The notes: a model not told the origin generated them from the sequence alone. Counted from the stretch's first letter, positions 9,255 to 20,098 are shown. The stretch is DNA of 50,161 nucleotides from Candidatus Sumerlaeota bacterium (GCA_017161705.1 JADFCW010000007.1:1-50161), one strand, 5' to 3'. Numbers and translations are program-made.

Positions 9255-9513
9255 TCCGGTCGCTTCGTTTCCCTGCCCCTTTCGATCTTCCCCAAGACCC
9301 CGCAAGCACCCTCACGGGAAGTGTCCGATCCTGCGTCCCTATGCCACGCTCCCCCTCGTGACGGGCAACATTCCGAGCCCTTTACACGCGCGCGTCCTTT
9401 GCGGCCTGGCACCTGCCCTAGGCAGCTCTGCAAGGTCCGCAACCCTCGGTTCGTTTCCCGCACACCGCCGGGCCCGGCCACCCCTCCTCCGAGTCGCACG
9501 GGTCAACTTCCGC

Positions 9514-12500
9514 TCACTCCTTCATCCGTTTTACCGCGCTTTCATAGCGGTGAAGGCGAATATCCCGCGGCAGCACCTGCCGCATTTCGGCCAGACACCG
9601 CTCGGCTACGTCACGCCGGCCGCGCGCAACGGCCGCCTCGCCAATCATCCGCAGCACCCCAAACACCGCCTCATCTCCCTCTTTGTTGCGTATTTCCGCA
9701 ATATGCGGAAATACTTCGCTGCCCATTTTCAGCGCTTCGCCCATTTGCCCCCCGCGCCACGCCGCGTGCAGATGCATCCGCGCATAGGGCCAGCGCCGGT
9801 TCGGATGAAGCGCCCGGGCTCTCTCCACCGCCTCGCGCAACTCTGCCGCCAGCGTTGCCGAATCCGGATCGTTCCGCTCGAACAGCCGAAACAGCACCTG
9901 CGCGCGTAGATCCGCCAACGCCGCGTGGTCTGGAAACTTCCGCGCCGCCTCGGCCAGTTGTTCCCGCTGCCAGTCAGGGCGGTCGCCCCGCGTGGCAATC
10001 CACTCGTGCAACGCCTGCGGATCGTCGGGCCATGCGGCCCGCCACCGGTCGGCCCACGCCGCCGGCTTGTCGTCGAAGAGCGAATCGCGCTGCCCCGGTT
10101 TGGGGCGAAACGCCGCGAACTGCTCCGAGGTCGGTTTCCAGCTCGGCTGATACTGATCAATCCACAACCGGCGCAAATGCACCGGCCACGCCCGCATGTC
10201 CAGCGACTTGATGCCCGTGGCCGGCGATCCGGTGAAGAAGCCGATCGGCGCGCGATATTCCAGCGTCGGGTGAAAATCGCTGTTGACCGCAAAATCCCCG
10301 AACAAATCCGCCGGCCGGTCCGTGTGCACAAACATCTGCATCGCCAGGAGCGCCAGCGGGTGCTCGATCCCGATCCGCTTGAGGTCCGCCGCAATCTTCG
10401 GCTTGGCCATCTGCTTTTCCATCCACGCAAAATCGGGGCGGAACGGTTTCGGCGAGCCCACAATCGCAATATCATACGCATTCATGTTCCAGATCATGAA
10501 GTAGGGAAACACATCGGTGAACGTGCGCAGCACGCTCATCAATGAGGCGTCCTGAATCTCATATACATGAATCCATTGCACGACCAGCCCGTCGGGGACG
10601 AGGTGCTCGCGGCAGACCTCGAAAAACTCCTTCGAGAACAGCCCCGCCACCCCGGCAATCCACGGATTCGTCGGCTCGCTGATGATCACGTCGTACATGC
10701 GCGGCGTAATCTGCAGAAACGTCTTGGCGTCCTCGATGTGAATGGACGCCCGCGGGTCTTCCGCAAAATGCAGATTCGCCTCCGCAAAATACCTCAGCGC
10801 CGCCTCGACCACCTCCCGCGAAATCTCCACGCAATCCAGATGCTCGATGTCGTATTGCAGCGCCGATCCGGCCGAAACGCCGCTGCCCATCCCGATCACC
10901 AGCGCCTGCTTCGAGTGCGGCCGCGTCAGGAGCGGAAAATGCGAAATCAAAATCTGCGTGCTCATATCGCCGACGTCCGATGCGTCGGCCTTCCCGTTGA
11001 TCAGCAAACTGCGCGTCCCTTCGCTGTCCACCACCGCGATGCTCGCATCCACGCCGTCCTTGTAATAGTGCAATTTCTCGCGATTGGCCAGCATGTCCAA
11101 CATGGCCTGGAACGAGGCGAAGCGTCCGCGCTGGCGGAACGGCCCCGACGACAGAATATTCTCATCCCACCGCGGAACCTTCATCCAATAGAGCAGCGGC
11201 AGGACCGCGCACGCTAGAGTCGCCGCCGGCCGCACCCACGCCATCGTGCGCCCTTTCAACATCCACAGCACCGCCAGCCCCGCCATCAAGTTCAGCACGA
11301 TTCCCGTCTCGAACGTCCGCTTCAAACCAATCTCCGGCAGCAGCACAAGTCCCGCCGCGGCCGCGCCCAGCAGCGTCCCCGCCGTGTTCAGCGCATAGAC
11401 CGACCCGACCCGCCGCCCCACGCGCCCGGCATCTTCCGTCGCAATCCGGCTGGCTGCGGGCAGCGTCATGCCCAGCAGAACCGTCGGCACGAGCATCAGC
11501 AAAAAACAAATCGCCATCTGCGCCGCCATATACCACCCGAACGCAAACGGTGCGCGCACCAATACCGTCGCCAACTGGTTGAACCAAAACGGAACTCGCT
11601 CGACCACCGGCAGCATCGCCAGCACGCTCAGCCCCAGCCCGATTTCCGCCGCCGCGTAAATCTTCTCATACCCCGTTTGACGCCGCTTCAGCGAAATCAA
11701 AAAACTCCCCAGCCCGATCCCGAAAATAAACGTCGCCACCATCAGCGAAAATGAATACGTCGAAGCCCCCAGCACCAGCGTCAGCAGCCGAATCCACGCC
11801 ACTTCATACACCATCGCGACAAAACCTGAAATCGCTATCGTGACCAAAACAACCCCGCGAAGCGCCGCCGGATACACCGCCTCCTCGGTCCCCGAAACTG
11901 CCGCCGCAGCCGGTTTCTCCGCAGCTGCCTCCCCTCCCTTCCTCCGCGTCGCCCAGAGCAGCAGCGCCGCTCCGCACACCACAAAATTCAGACACGCTGC
12001 AATCACCATCGAAGCGTGAAGTCCATACGCCGGGATCATCACAAATCCCGCCAGCAGGCAGCCGACAAACGCCCCGAATGTGTTGATGTAATACAGCGCC
12101 GCCACGCGCGGCCCCACCTGATCCAGCCGCGAGACCATAAACCGCCCCAGCACCGGCAGCGTCCCGCCCATCAGAAACGTCGGCAGCAGAAGCGTCAGCG
12201 CGCAAAACACCAGCTTTGCCGCCATCAGCGCCGACGCCGTCAGCCCCAGCCATCGCACTAGCGCGATGAATCCCCGCCGATACGGCTCGAACAGCACCGG
12301 ATAGAGCAATCCCAGCACGCCTACGCCCGCCTCGAGCACCACATACAGCAACAGCGGATGACGCAGCCGGTCGGCCCGCCGTCCGAACACCGCGCTGCCC
12401 AGCGCCAGCCCGCCCATATACACCGCCAGCGTCATCACATGTGCGCGCCCGGTGCTCCCGATGAACAGCGCCAGATACTTGTTCCAAAGAATTTCGTAAA

Positions 12501-12582
12501 TCAGCCCCGCAAGGCCGGACACGAAAAAGCAGACATAGACCAGCAGCAGACGGTCGCGGCGGGTATTTGGCATCATCGGCAT
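9514..12582 (-). CDS. Fused MFS-like membrane domain / spermidine-synthase-like SAM-binding protein with helical (TPR-like) C-terminus
   Basis: FFVSGLAGLIYEILW, duplicated membrane repeat, LLINGKADAS, VIGMGSG, VEIS, EDAK, IISEPTNPW. Confidence 0.85.
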   Translation of the reverse strand: MPMMPNTRRDRLLLVYVCFFVSGLAGLIYEILWNKYLALFIGSTGRAHVMTLAVYMGGLALGSAVFGRRADRLRHPLLLYVVLEAGVGVLGLLYPVLFEPYRRGFIALVRWLGLTASALMAAKLVFCALTLLLPTFLMGGTLPVLGRFMVSRLDQVGPRVAALYYINTFGAFVGCLLAGFVMIPAYGLHASMVIAACLNFVVCGAALLLWATRRKGGEAAAEKPAAAAVSGTEEAVYPAALRGVVLVTIAISGFVAMVYEVAWIRLLTLVLGASTYSFSLMVATFIFGIGLGSFLISLKRRQTGYEKIYAAAEIGLGLSVLAMLPVVERVPFWFNQLATVLVRAPFAFGWYMAAQMAICFLLMLVPTVLLGMTLPAASRIATEDAGRVGRRVGSVYALNTAGTLLGAAAAGLVLLPEIGLKRTFETGIVLNLMAGLAVLWMLKGRTMAWVRPAATLACAVLPLLYWMKVPRWDENILSSGPFRQRGRFASFQAMLDMLANREKLHYYKDGVDASIAVVDSEGTRSLLINGKADASDVGDMSTQILISHFPLLTRPHSKQALVIGMGSGVSAGSALQYDIEHLDCVEISREVVEAALRYFAEANLHFAEDPRASIHIEDAKTFLQITPRMYDVIISEPTNPWIAGVAGLFSKEFFEVCREHLVPDGLVVQWIHVYEIQDASLMSVLRTFTDVFPYFMIWNMNAYDIAIVGSPKPFRPDFAWMEKQMAKPKIAADLKRIGIEHPLALLAMQMFVHTDRPADLFGDFAVNSDFHPTLEYRAPIGFFTGSPATGIKSLDMRAWPVHLRRLWIDQYQPSWKPTSEQFAAFRPKPGQRDSLFDDKPAAWADRWRAAWPDDPQALHEWIATRGDRPDWQREQLAEAARKFPDHAALADLRAQVLFRLFERNDPDSATLAAELREAVERARALHPNRRWPYARMHLHAAWRGGQMGEALKMGSEVFPHIAEIRNKEGDEAVFGVLRMIGEAAVARGRRDVAERCLAEMRQVLPRDIRLHRYESAVKRMKE

Positions 12583-12661
12583 CGCTCCGACGTTCCCAAA
12601 AATTCAATCCAAAGATCCAACATTCTCTCGCTCAAGGAAGTAGGGCTCCGCGCCTACGCAA

Positions 12662-15526
12662 TCAACGGGAAATTCCAGTACGCCGCCTATGCACAGTAAG
12701 CAACAGAAGCAGAACAACCACTGTCAGAAGCGAAATGGCCTTGCCCACCGCCAGCGAGCGCGGAGCAAACCGCAGCGCCACGCGATGCATGCCCGGTGAG
12801 TCAATCGCCACGCCGCGCAACAAAAAATTCACACGGAGAACTTGGGCGGGCCGCCCGTTCACCTCCGCCTTCCAGCCCGGATAGAATACCTCCGAGAAGC
12901 ACAAGAGGCCCGCCCTCAGAGCACGAACGTTGACCTCGATGGCATCCGCATCATAGCGAATAAATTCCACCGCATCCCCTGCCTGTGCCGTATCCGGCAC
13001 CGCGTCCTCGCCGGCCCTGCCCGCTATTGCTTCTTCGCAGGTTACCGCCTCCCGCGCCGCATCTACGCGCCCTCGCGAAAGCGCCTCCAAAATCTCCTCC
13101 TCCGAACCCGCCCGCCGCACGCGATAGACCATCCAGGCCCCGCCCGGCGCCCGCCGGTTGCGATAGACCGCCAGCCGCCCTTCGCCAAAAACACGCTCCC
13201 ACTCCGCCGTGTCCGGCACAAGCGCGCCGAGCGCCGCAACATTCAACACCATATCCCCGCGTCGCGGCGCAATCTCGACCGCCTGCGCGACAATCGGCCG
13301 CTCGAACCCCACACGGCCGTAATAGTTGGCTACGCGCACCGGTCCCTGCGGCGTTTGCACTGTCCACACCATGTTGCGCTCGGCAGGACCGTGGCGGCAC
13401 GGAAACCGCGGATCGGCCGCGCGCCAGTCGGCCAGATGAACGCCGGCCAGCAGCGCTGCCGTGCGCGTCGCCGTGCTTCCGTCTGTCGCATCGCCGCCGC
13501 TCCCAACGCCGCTTTCCGCGCATTCTTTTCCCACGACCCGGATCACCGCCGCGGTTTCCCCTTGCGCCAGCATCTCCGCGCCGTCGAGCAGCCCCACAAC
13601 CGACACGCCGACCAGTGTAGTCGGCGAATCCAGCGCGACGCAATATGCGCTGTCTTTTCGCGGCGGTGGCCCGGCGATTCGACGCTCGAACACATCCCCG
13701 ATCACGTATCGCACATTCAGCAAATGAAACAGCGTCGCGTCGGGCCGGCCAATGTTCAGCATCCGCACCGGATCGTCTGTCGGCGACCGGCCGGCCGTGG
13801 CCTCGACCAGCCGCGCATAGTCGCGCAAAATCAATGGATCGAAACCCTGAATATCCTGCACACGCCAAAGCGTCGCCAGATTAGGCGCCGCCAGCGGCCA
13901 TAGCGTCGTATCGTTGAGATCGCCCGGATGAACCCGAAGCGGCGCGTAGCCCACAGTGCGAAATGGCCCCGCCGTATCCCGCACCACCGCCCTCACCGTC
14001 TCCGGCGGCTCGAACTCGCTTCGCGTGCAAGTCGGCAGCGGCAGCCGCTCGCGAAAATGGAACAGGTCCAGCGCCAGCAGCAGCCCCGCCGCCCACCCCA
14101 GCCACCGCCTCGGCGGAAAACGCACCGAAAGCAGAAGCGCCGCCAGCAACACTGCCGAACCCAGCGCCAGTGCAATGCCGCCGTTGACCGCTGGGAATAG
14201 CGCCGGGTCGCGCGGCGATTGCGCCTGCCGCACGATCGCCGCCCAGTCGCTTCGCACCAGCGATCCCGCCTTGCTCAGAAACAAACCCGCCGCCAGAGCA
14301 CCGCACGCCAACGCCCCCGCCCACGCCGCCTTTCGCTTCCGCGGCGCCGGATCGCGCAGCACCGCATCGGCGCCCAGACCGACCAACGCCGACGTCCCAA
14401 TCGCAGCCAGCACCAATGCGCGCGCCGGCCCGCTCAGCGTCCGCGCCAACGGCACCTGCGCCAGCATCTGAAACGCTCCCGCTTGCGTCCCCAGCGAAAT
14501 CCAAACGCCGACCCCCGCAAGCGCGACAAAGAACATTGCCCGCCGCCGATGATACGGTAGCACTGCCGCCATGAGCAATAGCGGCAGAGCCGACATCCCG
14601 AAATACACCGACTTGTCCAGATACTCCGTCGGCCACGGCGGCGGCGAACCCAGAAACAGATTGTCGAGCCAGTCCCACCCCACCGGGTCGCGCGCCAGGT
14701 CGCTCATCGCCAGCGTCGGCCGCGACGACAGCCGCACAAATTCCAGCGTGGGCAGCCATTGGACGGCACTCAGCCCCGCGCCGATCGCCCCGCCGAGCGC
14801 CGCCGCGGCTGCCGAAACAAAAAACCCAGCAGACCCTCTGTCCGACTTGTCCGATTTGTCCGACCTGTCCAACTGGTCAGACCAATTAGGCTGCTTCGCA
14901 CCCCCGCCCCCGCAAACCCGCCACATAGCCGCCATGCCCACAATCACGCCGGCATAAAACATGTTGTGCGGCGAACCCGCCAGCACCACAGCCGCCAGCA
15001 CCCCGCCGAGCGCCGCAGCCCTCGCTGCCGAAGGCCTCTCGACCGCGCCAAATGCACCGCCGACCACCAGCGGCAGCCATGCCGTCGAAACCAGCAGCCC
15101 GGGATTGGACAGATGTCCCTGCACATAGGAGCCGCATGCAAAACTCAACGCACCCAGACAGGCTCCCTGTCCGCCGCAGCCTAGACTTCGCAAACACGCC
15201 AGCATCGCCAGCGCCGCAATTGCAAAGTGCGCGAAGCAATAAACCCCATAGCCCCTCGTCGCCTCGGCGAAAAAAAACACCCAGCGCGGCGGATACCACG
15301 CCGAATACTGCGGATTGGCAAAGTGCGGCGCCCCCCCGCAGGCATAGGGATTCCAGCGCGGCACCGCACCCTTCTCACCCAAGCGATATGCAGGAATAAA
15401 GGCCAGCGTGTGATCCTCGCCCAGCGGCAGACGCCCGCCCAGCAGCCAGCCGTCGAAAACTACGACGGCTGCCAGAAGCAACATCGCCGGCACTCCGGCC
15501 CGAAAATGGGAAACCGCGCGATTCAC
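12662..15526 (-). CDS. YfhO-family (GT-C) membrane protein
   Basis: PRWNPYACGGAPHFANPQ..YPP, LSAVQWLPTLE, C-terminal SEVFYPGWKAEVNG..VNFLLRGV..G.H.V.L.F.P. Confidence 0.8.
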   Translation of the reverse strand: MNRAVSHFRAGVPAMLLLAAVVVFDGWLLGGRLPLGEDHTLAFIPAYRLGEKGAVPRWNPYACGGAPHFANPQYSAWYPPRWVFFFAEATRGYGVYCFAHFAIAALAMLACLRSLGCGGQGACLGALSFACGSYVQGHLSNPGLLVSTAWLPLVVGGAFGAVERPSAARAAALGGVLAAVVLAGSPHNMFYAGVIVGMAAMWRVCGGGGAKQPNWSDQLDRSDKSDKSDRGSAGFFVSAAAAALGGAIGAGLSAVQWLPTLEFVRLSSRPTLAMSDLARDPVGWDWLDNLFLGSPPPWPTEYLDKSVYFGMSALPLLLMAAVLPYHRRRAMFFVALAGVGVWISLGTQAGAFQMLAQVPLARTLSGPARALVLAAIGTSALVGLGADAVLRDPAPRKRKAAWAGALACGALAAGLFLSKAGSLVRSDWAAIVRQAQSPRDPALFPAVNGGIALALGSAVLLAALLLSVRFPPRRWLGWAAGLLLALDLFHFRERLPLPTCTRSEFEPPETVRAVVRDTAGPFRTVGYAPLRVHPGDLNDTTLWPLAAPNLATLWRVQDIQGFDPLILRDYARLVEATAGRSPTDDPVRMLNIGRPDATLFHLLNVRYVIGDVFERRIAGPPPRKDSAYCVALDSPTTLVGVSVVGLLDGAEMLAQGETAAVIRVVGKECAESGVGSGGDATDGSTATRTAALLAGVHLADWRAADPRFPCRHGPAERNMVWTVQTPQGPVRVANYYGRVGFERPIVAQAVEIAPRRGDMVLNVAALGALVPDTAEWERVFGEGRLAVYRNRRAPGGAWMVYRVRRAGSEEEILEALSRGRVDAAREAVTCEEAIAGRAGEDAVPDTAQAGDAVEFIRYDADAIEVNVRALRAGLLCFSEVFYPGWKAEVNGRPAQVLRVNFLLRGVAIDSPGMHRVALRFAPRSLAVGKAISLLTVVVLLLLLTVHRRRTGISR
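14840..14893 (+). repeat. 9-bp tandem repeat array (GTCCGACYT-like), in frame inside the YfhO CDS
   Basis: gtccgactt gtccgattt gtccgacct gtccaactg gtcagacca attaggctg. Confidence 0.85.
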
Positions 15527-15551
15527 ACGTTGTCACATGAAAGGCGGGTAC

Positions 15552-16181
15552 TTATACAGGTTGGACCGAGCGGCCGTATTGAAAGGCCCGCACATTTGCC
15601 TCGAGGTCCCGCGCCGAAAAACACGCCTCCAGCCCCTTGCGCCATGCCGCCTCGTCGAACGGCAAATGCCGCGACAGCACGCCCGCAAAACACGTGTTCA
15701 GGGTCCGCGCCGTCCCCAGCGCCTCTGCCAGCGCCGCTCCGTCATACACCTCGACCCGCCCCGCCCGCGCCCGACACTGCTCCAGCACATCCGGCGGATA
15801 CGCCATCTCTCCGGTGCTCACCGGCAGCGGCGCAATGGCACGATCCTCCACAATCAGCACGCCGTCCGGCGCAAGATAATGGATGTGGCGCAGCGCTTCG
15901 AGCTTTTCGAGCGCAACGATCATATCCGCCGTCCCTTCCTCGATCACCGGTGAAAACACTTTCTGCCCCATGCGCACATGCGACATTACCGACCCGCCCC
16001 GCTGCGCCATGCCGTGCACCTCGCTTTGCTTGACATCGAACCCGGCTTCCATCGCAGCGCTGACCACCAAAGCGCTCAGTGTCAGAATACCCTGTCCCCC
16101 TACGCCGACCGCCAAAAGATTGATGGGCGCGCGCGGGGCGCACGGAGAGAATCCCGTGGACGGAACGGACAATATGGACAT
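15552..16181 (-). CDS. iorB: Indolepyruvate:ferredoxin oxidoreductase subunit beta
   Basis: GVGGQGILTLS, SEVHGMAQRGGSVMSHVR, ALEKLEALR; start position approximate. Confidence 0.9.
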   Translation of the reverse strand: MSILSVPSTGFSPCAPRAPINLLAVGVGGQGILTLSALVVSAAMEAGFDVKQSEVHGMAQRGGSVMSHVRMGQKVFSPVIEEGTADMIVALEKLEALRHIHYLAPDGVLIVEDRAIAPLPVSTGEMAYPPDVLEQCRARAGRVEVYDGAALAEALGTARTLNTCFAGVLSRHLPFDEAAWRKGLEACFSARDLEANVRAFQYGRSVQPV

Positions 16182-16197
16182 GAGATAATTCGACCTT

Positions 16198-18009
16198 TCA
16201 GCTCCTGGTTTTTCTTTCGCACACCGAAATGGCGTTGAAACAGCAAACCTGCATGCATAGCGTGCAGCCGCGGCACAGTTCCTCGACAATCCGCATCTGG
16301 CCGCCCTCGACAACCAGCGCCGGACAGGCCAAATCTGTGCATTGAAAGCAGCCCTGGCACAAATCCCGCGAAACCGCCCGCGGATCGTCCCGCTTGGCCT
16401 CCGCCAGCAATCCGCAGGGCCGGTTGGTCAGAATGACCGACGGCCCCTCGTTCGCCAACGCGCGCCGCAGCGCCGCATGCACCTCCTCCAGGTGATAGGG
16501 GTCTATCACTTGCACTTCGGCGACGCCGACCGCCTTGCACAAACGCGCCAGATCCAGCGGCGGCGATCCCTCGGTTGCCTCCGCGCTGCCCGACGCCGAC
16601 GAGGCCGCCGTCGGCTGGCGGCCGGTCATTGCCGTCGTCCGATTGTCGAGTATGATCAACACCGAGGCGCTGCGGTTCCAGACCATGTCCACCAGCGCCG
16701 GAATGCCCGAATGGATGAACGTCGAGTCGCCGATGACCGCCGCCGTCTTGCCCCGCTCGCTCACTTTGGCCAGGCCTGCGCCCAGCCCCACGCTCGCGCC
16801 CATACAGACGCACGAATCCATTGCCCGCAGCGGCGGCAGCGCTCCCAGTGTATAGCATCCGATGTCGCCCATCACATTGACGTCCAGTTTGCTCAGCGCG
16901 TAGAACACCCCCCGATGCGGGCAGCCCGGACACATCACCGGCGGCCGCGGCGGCAGCCCCGCAACCGGCGCGATCCCCGCTTTCGGCGCACCGGCCCGCG
17001 CTGCAGTTCTGCTGCCTCCGGCCGCTTCGCCTAAATCCCGTTCGATGGCCTCCCGAACCGCCTGCGGCGTGTATTCGCCGCACCGGCTCAACAACACCTT
17101 CCCCCGCACGCTAATGCCCGCCGCCAACAAATGCTCCTCGATGAACGCATCCAATTCCTCGATGACATACACGCGTCCACCCGGTCCAAAGCTCTCTACA
17201 AACTCCCTCAGCTTGCCTAACGGCAGCGGCCATGAAAACCCCAGCTTATAAATCGGCGCCCCAGGAAACGCCTCCTTTGCATACTGATACGCCGCGCCCG
17301 ACGCAATCAACCCAAACGGCCCATCGCCCGGCTCGATCCGATTCAAATCGGTGGTCTCCGCAAACTCCGCCAGCGCCGCCAGCCGCTCCTCCACCTTCCG
17401 ATGGCGTGCCCGGGCATACGCCGGGATCATGACGTATTTCTCCGGCTGCTTGACAAACGGCCGCGGCGCCGGAACCCGCCGCTCGTCGTCCGTTTCGACC
17501 ACGCAGCGCGTGTGCGAAATCCGCGTCGTCAGCCGCAGCAGCACCGGCGTATCGAACCGCTCGCTGATCTCCAGCGCATGCCCGACATAGTCCACGCACT
17601 CCTGGCTGTCGGCCGGCTCGAGCATCGGCACCTTCGCAAACGCCGCATAGTTGCGATTGTCCTGCTCGTTCTGCGAACTGTGCATTCCCGGATCATCGCA
17701 CGAAACCACCACCAGCCCGCCGCCCACTCCCGTGTAGGAGGCCGTCATCAGCGAATCCGCCGCCACATTCAACCCGACATGCTTCATCGCCGTCAGCGCG
17801 CGAACGCCGCCGATCGAAGCTCCCAATGCCTCGTCGAACGCCACCTTTTCGTTCACGCACCATCGCGCATGCAGGTCAGGATAGCTCGACAACGCTTCCA
17901 GTATTTCCGTGCTCGGCGTTCCCGGATAGGCGGAAGCAAAGGCCACGCCGTGCTTCCACGCCCCATGCGCCACCGCCTCGTTGCCCGATAGAACTTGCTT
18001 TCGTTCCAA
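16198..18009 (-). CDS. iorA: Indolepyruvate:ferredoxin oxidoreductase subunit alpha
   Basis: GNEAVA, YPGTPSTEI, MKHVGLNVAAD, SSQNEQDNR, RPPVMCPGCPHR, GDIGCY, IGDSTFIHSG and a C-terminal 2x[4Fe-4S] domain; TTG start. Confidence 0.95.
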   Translation of the reverse strand: MERKQVLSGNEAVAHGAWKHGVAFASAYPGTPSTEILEALSSYPDLHARWCVNEKVAFDEALGASIGGVRALTAMKHVGLNVAADSLMTASYTGVGGGLVVVSCDDPGMHSSQNEQDNRNYAAFAKVPMLEPADSQECVDYVGHALEISERFDTPVLLRLTTRISHTRCVVETDDERRVPAPRPFVKQPEKYVMIPAYARARHRKVEERLAALAEFAETTDLNRIEPGDGPFGLIASGAAYQYAKEAFPGAPIYKLGFSWPLPLGKLREFVESFGPGGRVYVIEELDAFIEEHLLAAGISVRGKVLLSRCGEYTPQAVREAIERDLGEAAGGSRTAARAGAPKAGIAPVAGLPPRPPVMCPGCPHRGVFYALSKLDVNVMGDIGCYTLGALPPLRAMDSCVCMGASVGLGAGLAKVSERGKTAAVIGDSTFIHSGIPALVDMVWNRSASVLIILDNRTTAMTGRQPTAASSASGSAEATEGSPPLDLARLCKAVGVAEVQVIDPYHLEEVHAALRRALANEGPSVILTNRPCGLLAEAKRDDPRAVSRDLCQGCFQCTDLACPALVVEGGQMRIVEELCRGCTLCMQVCCFNAISVCERKTRS

Positions 18010-18184
18010 CGGATGCCCCTTTCATAAACGTCACCCGGACGCTATTGGCCCGCTGCGCCAACTTCAAGTTGCAAATTGCCACGGCCCCGTGCCGCCCGGG
18101 TTCAAAGATTCATCTTGAGCCGCAAACCCAAGTTCTGATATCTCCGCTTCCGAGAGAGGCAACGCTGGAACGCGGAGCATTTTT

Positions 18185-20098
18185 TTGATTTTCCTCCCAC
18201 GGCAAATCCTGCAAAGCAACCATCCGGTCGTTCGGTTCTTCGCCTCCGTCAAACTGACCGTCACGCTGCTGATCCTGATCGGACTGGCCTCCATTCTCGG
18301 CACGCTGATCCCCCAGGCCGATACCCTCGCCGGCTCCCCGCGCGATATCTATACCGTCTACGTCAACGCTTACGGCCCGCGCCTTCACATCCTGTTCAAC
18401 ACGCTGGGCCTATACCGCCTCTATTCGTCCTGGTGGTTCTCCGCCCTGCTTCTTTTGCTCGCGGTGAACATGATCGTGTGCAGTTTGCGGCGCTTCCGCC
18501 TTCAGCCGCGCCAAATCGGTTTCCATCTCACCCACTTGAGTATTGTCTTCATTCTCGCCGGCGTGCTCATCGGCCTCAATGCGCGCGAAGGGTTCATGCA
18601 AATCAACGAAGGCGAACAGAGCGACACCATCCTTTTCGCCCCGCGCAAACCCATCCCCGACACCGCCGAGGAAGCCGAACAACTGACCAACCAACAACAC
18701 AGCAACGCCGCCCCCAGCGCCGTCGAATTCCAGCTCCCCTTTGCCCTTCGTCTCGATGATTTCGAACTGCGCCGCCACACCAGACCGCTCGATACGCTCC
18801 TGGCGCAATCCGTCCACGGCGGCCGGATCTATTCCTACGGCCTTCGCACGCAAAAGCGTATCCCCCGCGCCGCACGCCAGCCGCTCGAAATCGTTCTGCT
18901 CGAAACCAGGCCTCTCCTGCGCCGCACAGTTCAAATCGTCGAGCAAACAAGCGGCCCCCTCGAACCCGCCGTCGAGATTGAAGTCGTCCGCGGCCCCCAT
19001 CGCCACACCCACTGGGTATTCGCGCGCGGAGCCGCACGCAGACGCATCCTGAGCGACGAGTGCGAAATCGAGTATCGGCGCGCCGCCGCGCCCGCCGAAC
19101 TGGACGCCCTCCTGGCCGAACAGTCTGTTCCCGCGACCGCCACGGCCGATTGTCTAGCCCTGATTCGCAGCATGACGGACGTGACCACCCTGCCCCTGGC
19201 TCTCGGCCGCGAGCAAATCGTGCGCGACACCGACGACACCTCCCTGGCCGTCACCGTTCTGCAATTCTTTCCCCATTGGAACATGAACCTGCAAACGCGC
19301 GAAATCTACTCGGCCAGCAACGCCCGCCGCAATCCCGCCATCCAGGTGCAGTTGCGCAAGGGCGATGCCGTCGAAACCCAGTGGCTCTTCTCGCGCCTCC
19401 CGTCGGCCCACGGCCACCAGCCTTTTGACCTCACCACCATGACGCTTCAGTTTCTGGAAACCGACTTGCGCCGCACGCATTTCGTCCGCGCCATTGCCGC
19501 CGCCACCACCACTGCCCGCTATCTTCAGCATTTTGTCGAAGGACGCCTCGCCGCCACGGTCCCTGCCGCCGACGATTCTTCCGCGGCCGTCGCGCTTCCC
19601 GACGGAACGCAGGTGCGAGCCCTCCGTTGGGTGGAACGCGCTGCCCTCGAGTCTGTCGAGCAACCCGATCCCAAAGGCTTTGCCGCCCGACTTCGCATCC
19701 GCGATCTGGCCAGCGGCAAAGTCGAACTGCTCGATGCCGTCTCGAATGAGGTCTACGAGCGCGGCAGTGTGCGCTTCCTTCTCCAGCGCGATTTCCCCAT
19801 AGATCAGTTTATCAGCCGCGTGCGTGTCATCCAAAATGGCCGCGAGGTAACCTCCCATACTATCGAAATGAACGATCCGCTGAAATTTGCCGGCTACACC
19901 GTTTATCAATCTTCCTACGACACCGAGGCCGGCGAAGACAGCCGCTATTCTGTGCTCTCGGTCAAGCGCGATCCCGGCGTCGGATTGATCTACGCCGGCT
20001 TTGTGCTACTGACGGTCGGATTGATTATCGTTTTTTATATAAATCCCTGGGCGCAGAAAAGGAAACGCGCCGACTCGCCGGCTGTCCGGGCAGACTAA
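18185..20098 (+). CDS. resB: Cytochrome c biogenesis protein ResB/Ccs1 (system II)
   Basis: FFASVKLTVTLL..ASILGTLIPQ, LYSSWWF, GFHLTHLS, MNDPLKFAGYTVYQSSY, KRDPG..LIYAGF. Confidence 0.88.
   Translation: MIFLPRQILQSNHPVVRFFASVKLTVTLLILIGLASILGTLIPQADTLAGSPRDIYTVYVNAYGPRLHILFNTLGLYRLYSSWWFSALLLLLAVNMIVCSLRRFRLQPRQIGFHLTHLSIVFILAGVLIGLNAREGFMQINEGEQSDTILFAPRKPIPDTAEEAEQLTNQQHSNAAPSAVEFQLPFALRLDDFELRRHTRPLDTLLAQSVHGGRIYSYGLRTQKRIPRAARQPLEIVLLETRPLLRRTVQIVEQTSGPLEPAVEIEVVRGPHRHTHWVFARGAARRRILSDECEIEYRRAAAPAELDALLAEQSVPATATADCLALIRSMTDVTTLPLALGREQIVRDTDDTSLAVTVLQFFPHWNMNLQTREIYSASNARRNPAIQVQLRKGDAVETQWLFSRLPSAHGHQPFDLTTMTLQFLETDLRRTHFVRAIAAATTTARYLQHFVEGRLAATVPAADDSSAAVALPDGTQVRALRWVERAALESVEQPDPKGFAARLRIRDLASGKVELLDAVSNEVYERGSVRFLLQRDFPIDQFISRVRVIQNGREVTSHTIEMNDPLKFAGYTVYQSSYDTEAGEDSRYSVLSVKRDPGVGLIYAGFVLLTVGLIIVFYINPWAQKRKRADSPAVRAD

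Noticed and set aside
9255-9513. GC-rich hairpins in the 260-bp spacer upstream of pcrA
   Set aside because: The stems are plausible by chance at this GC content and no recognisable motif was found.
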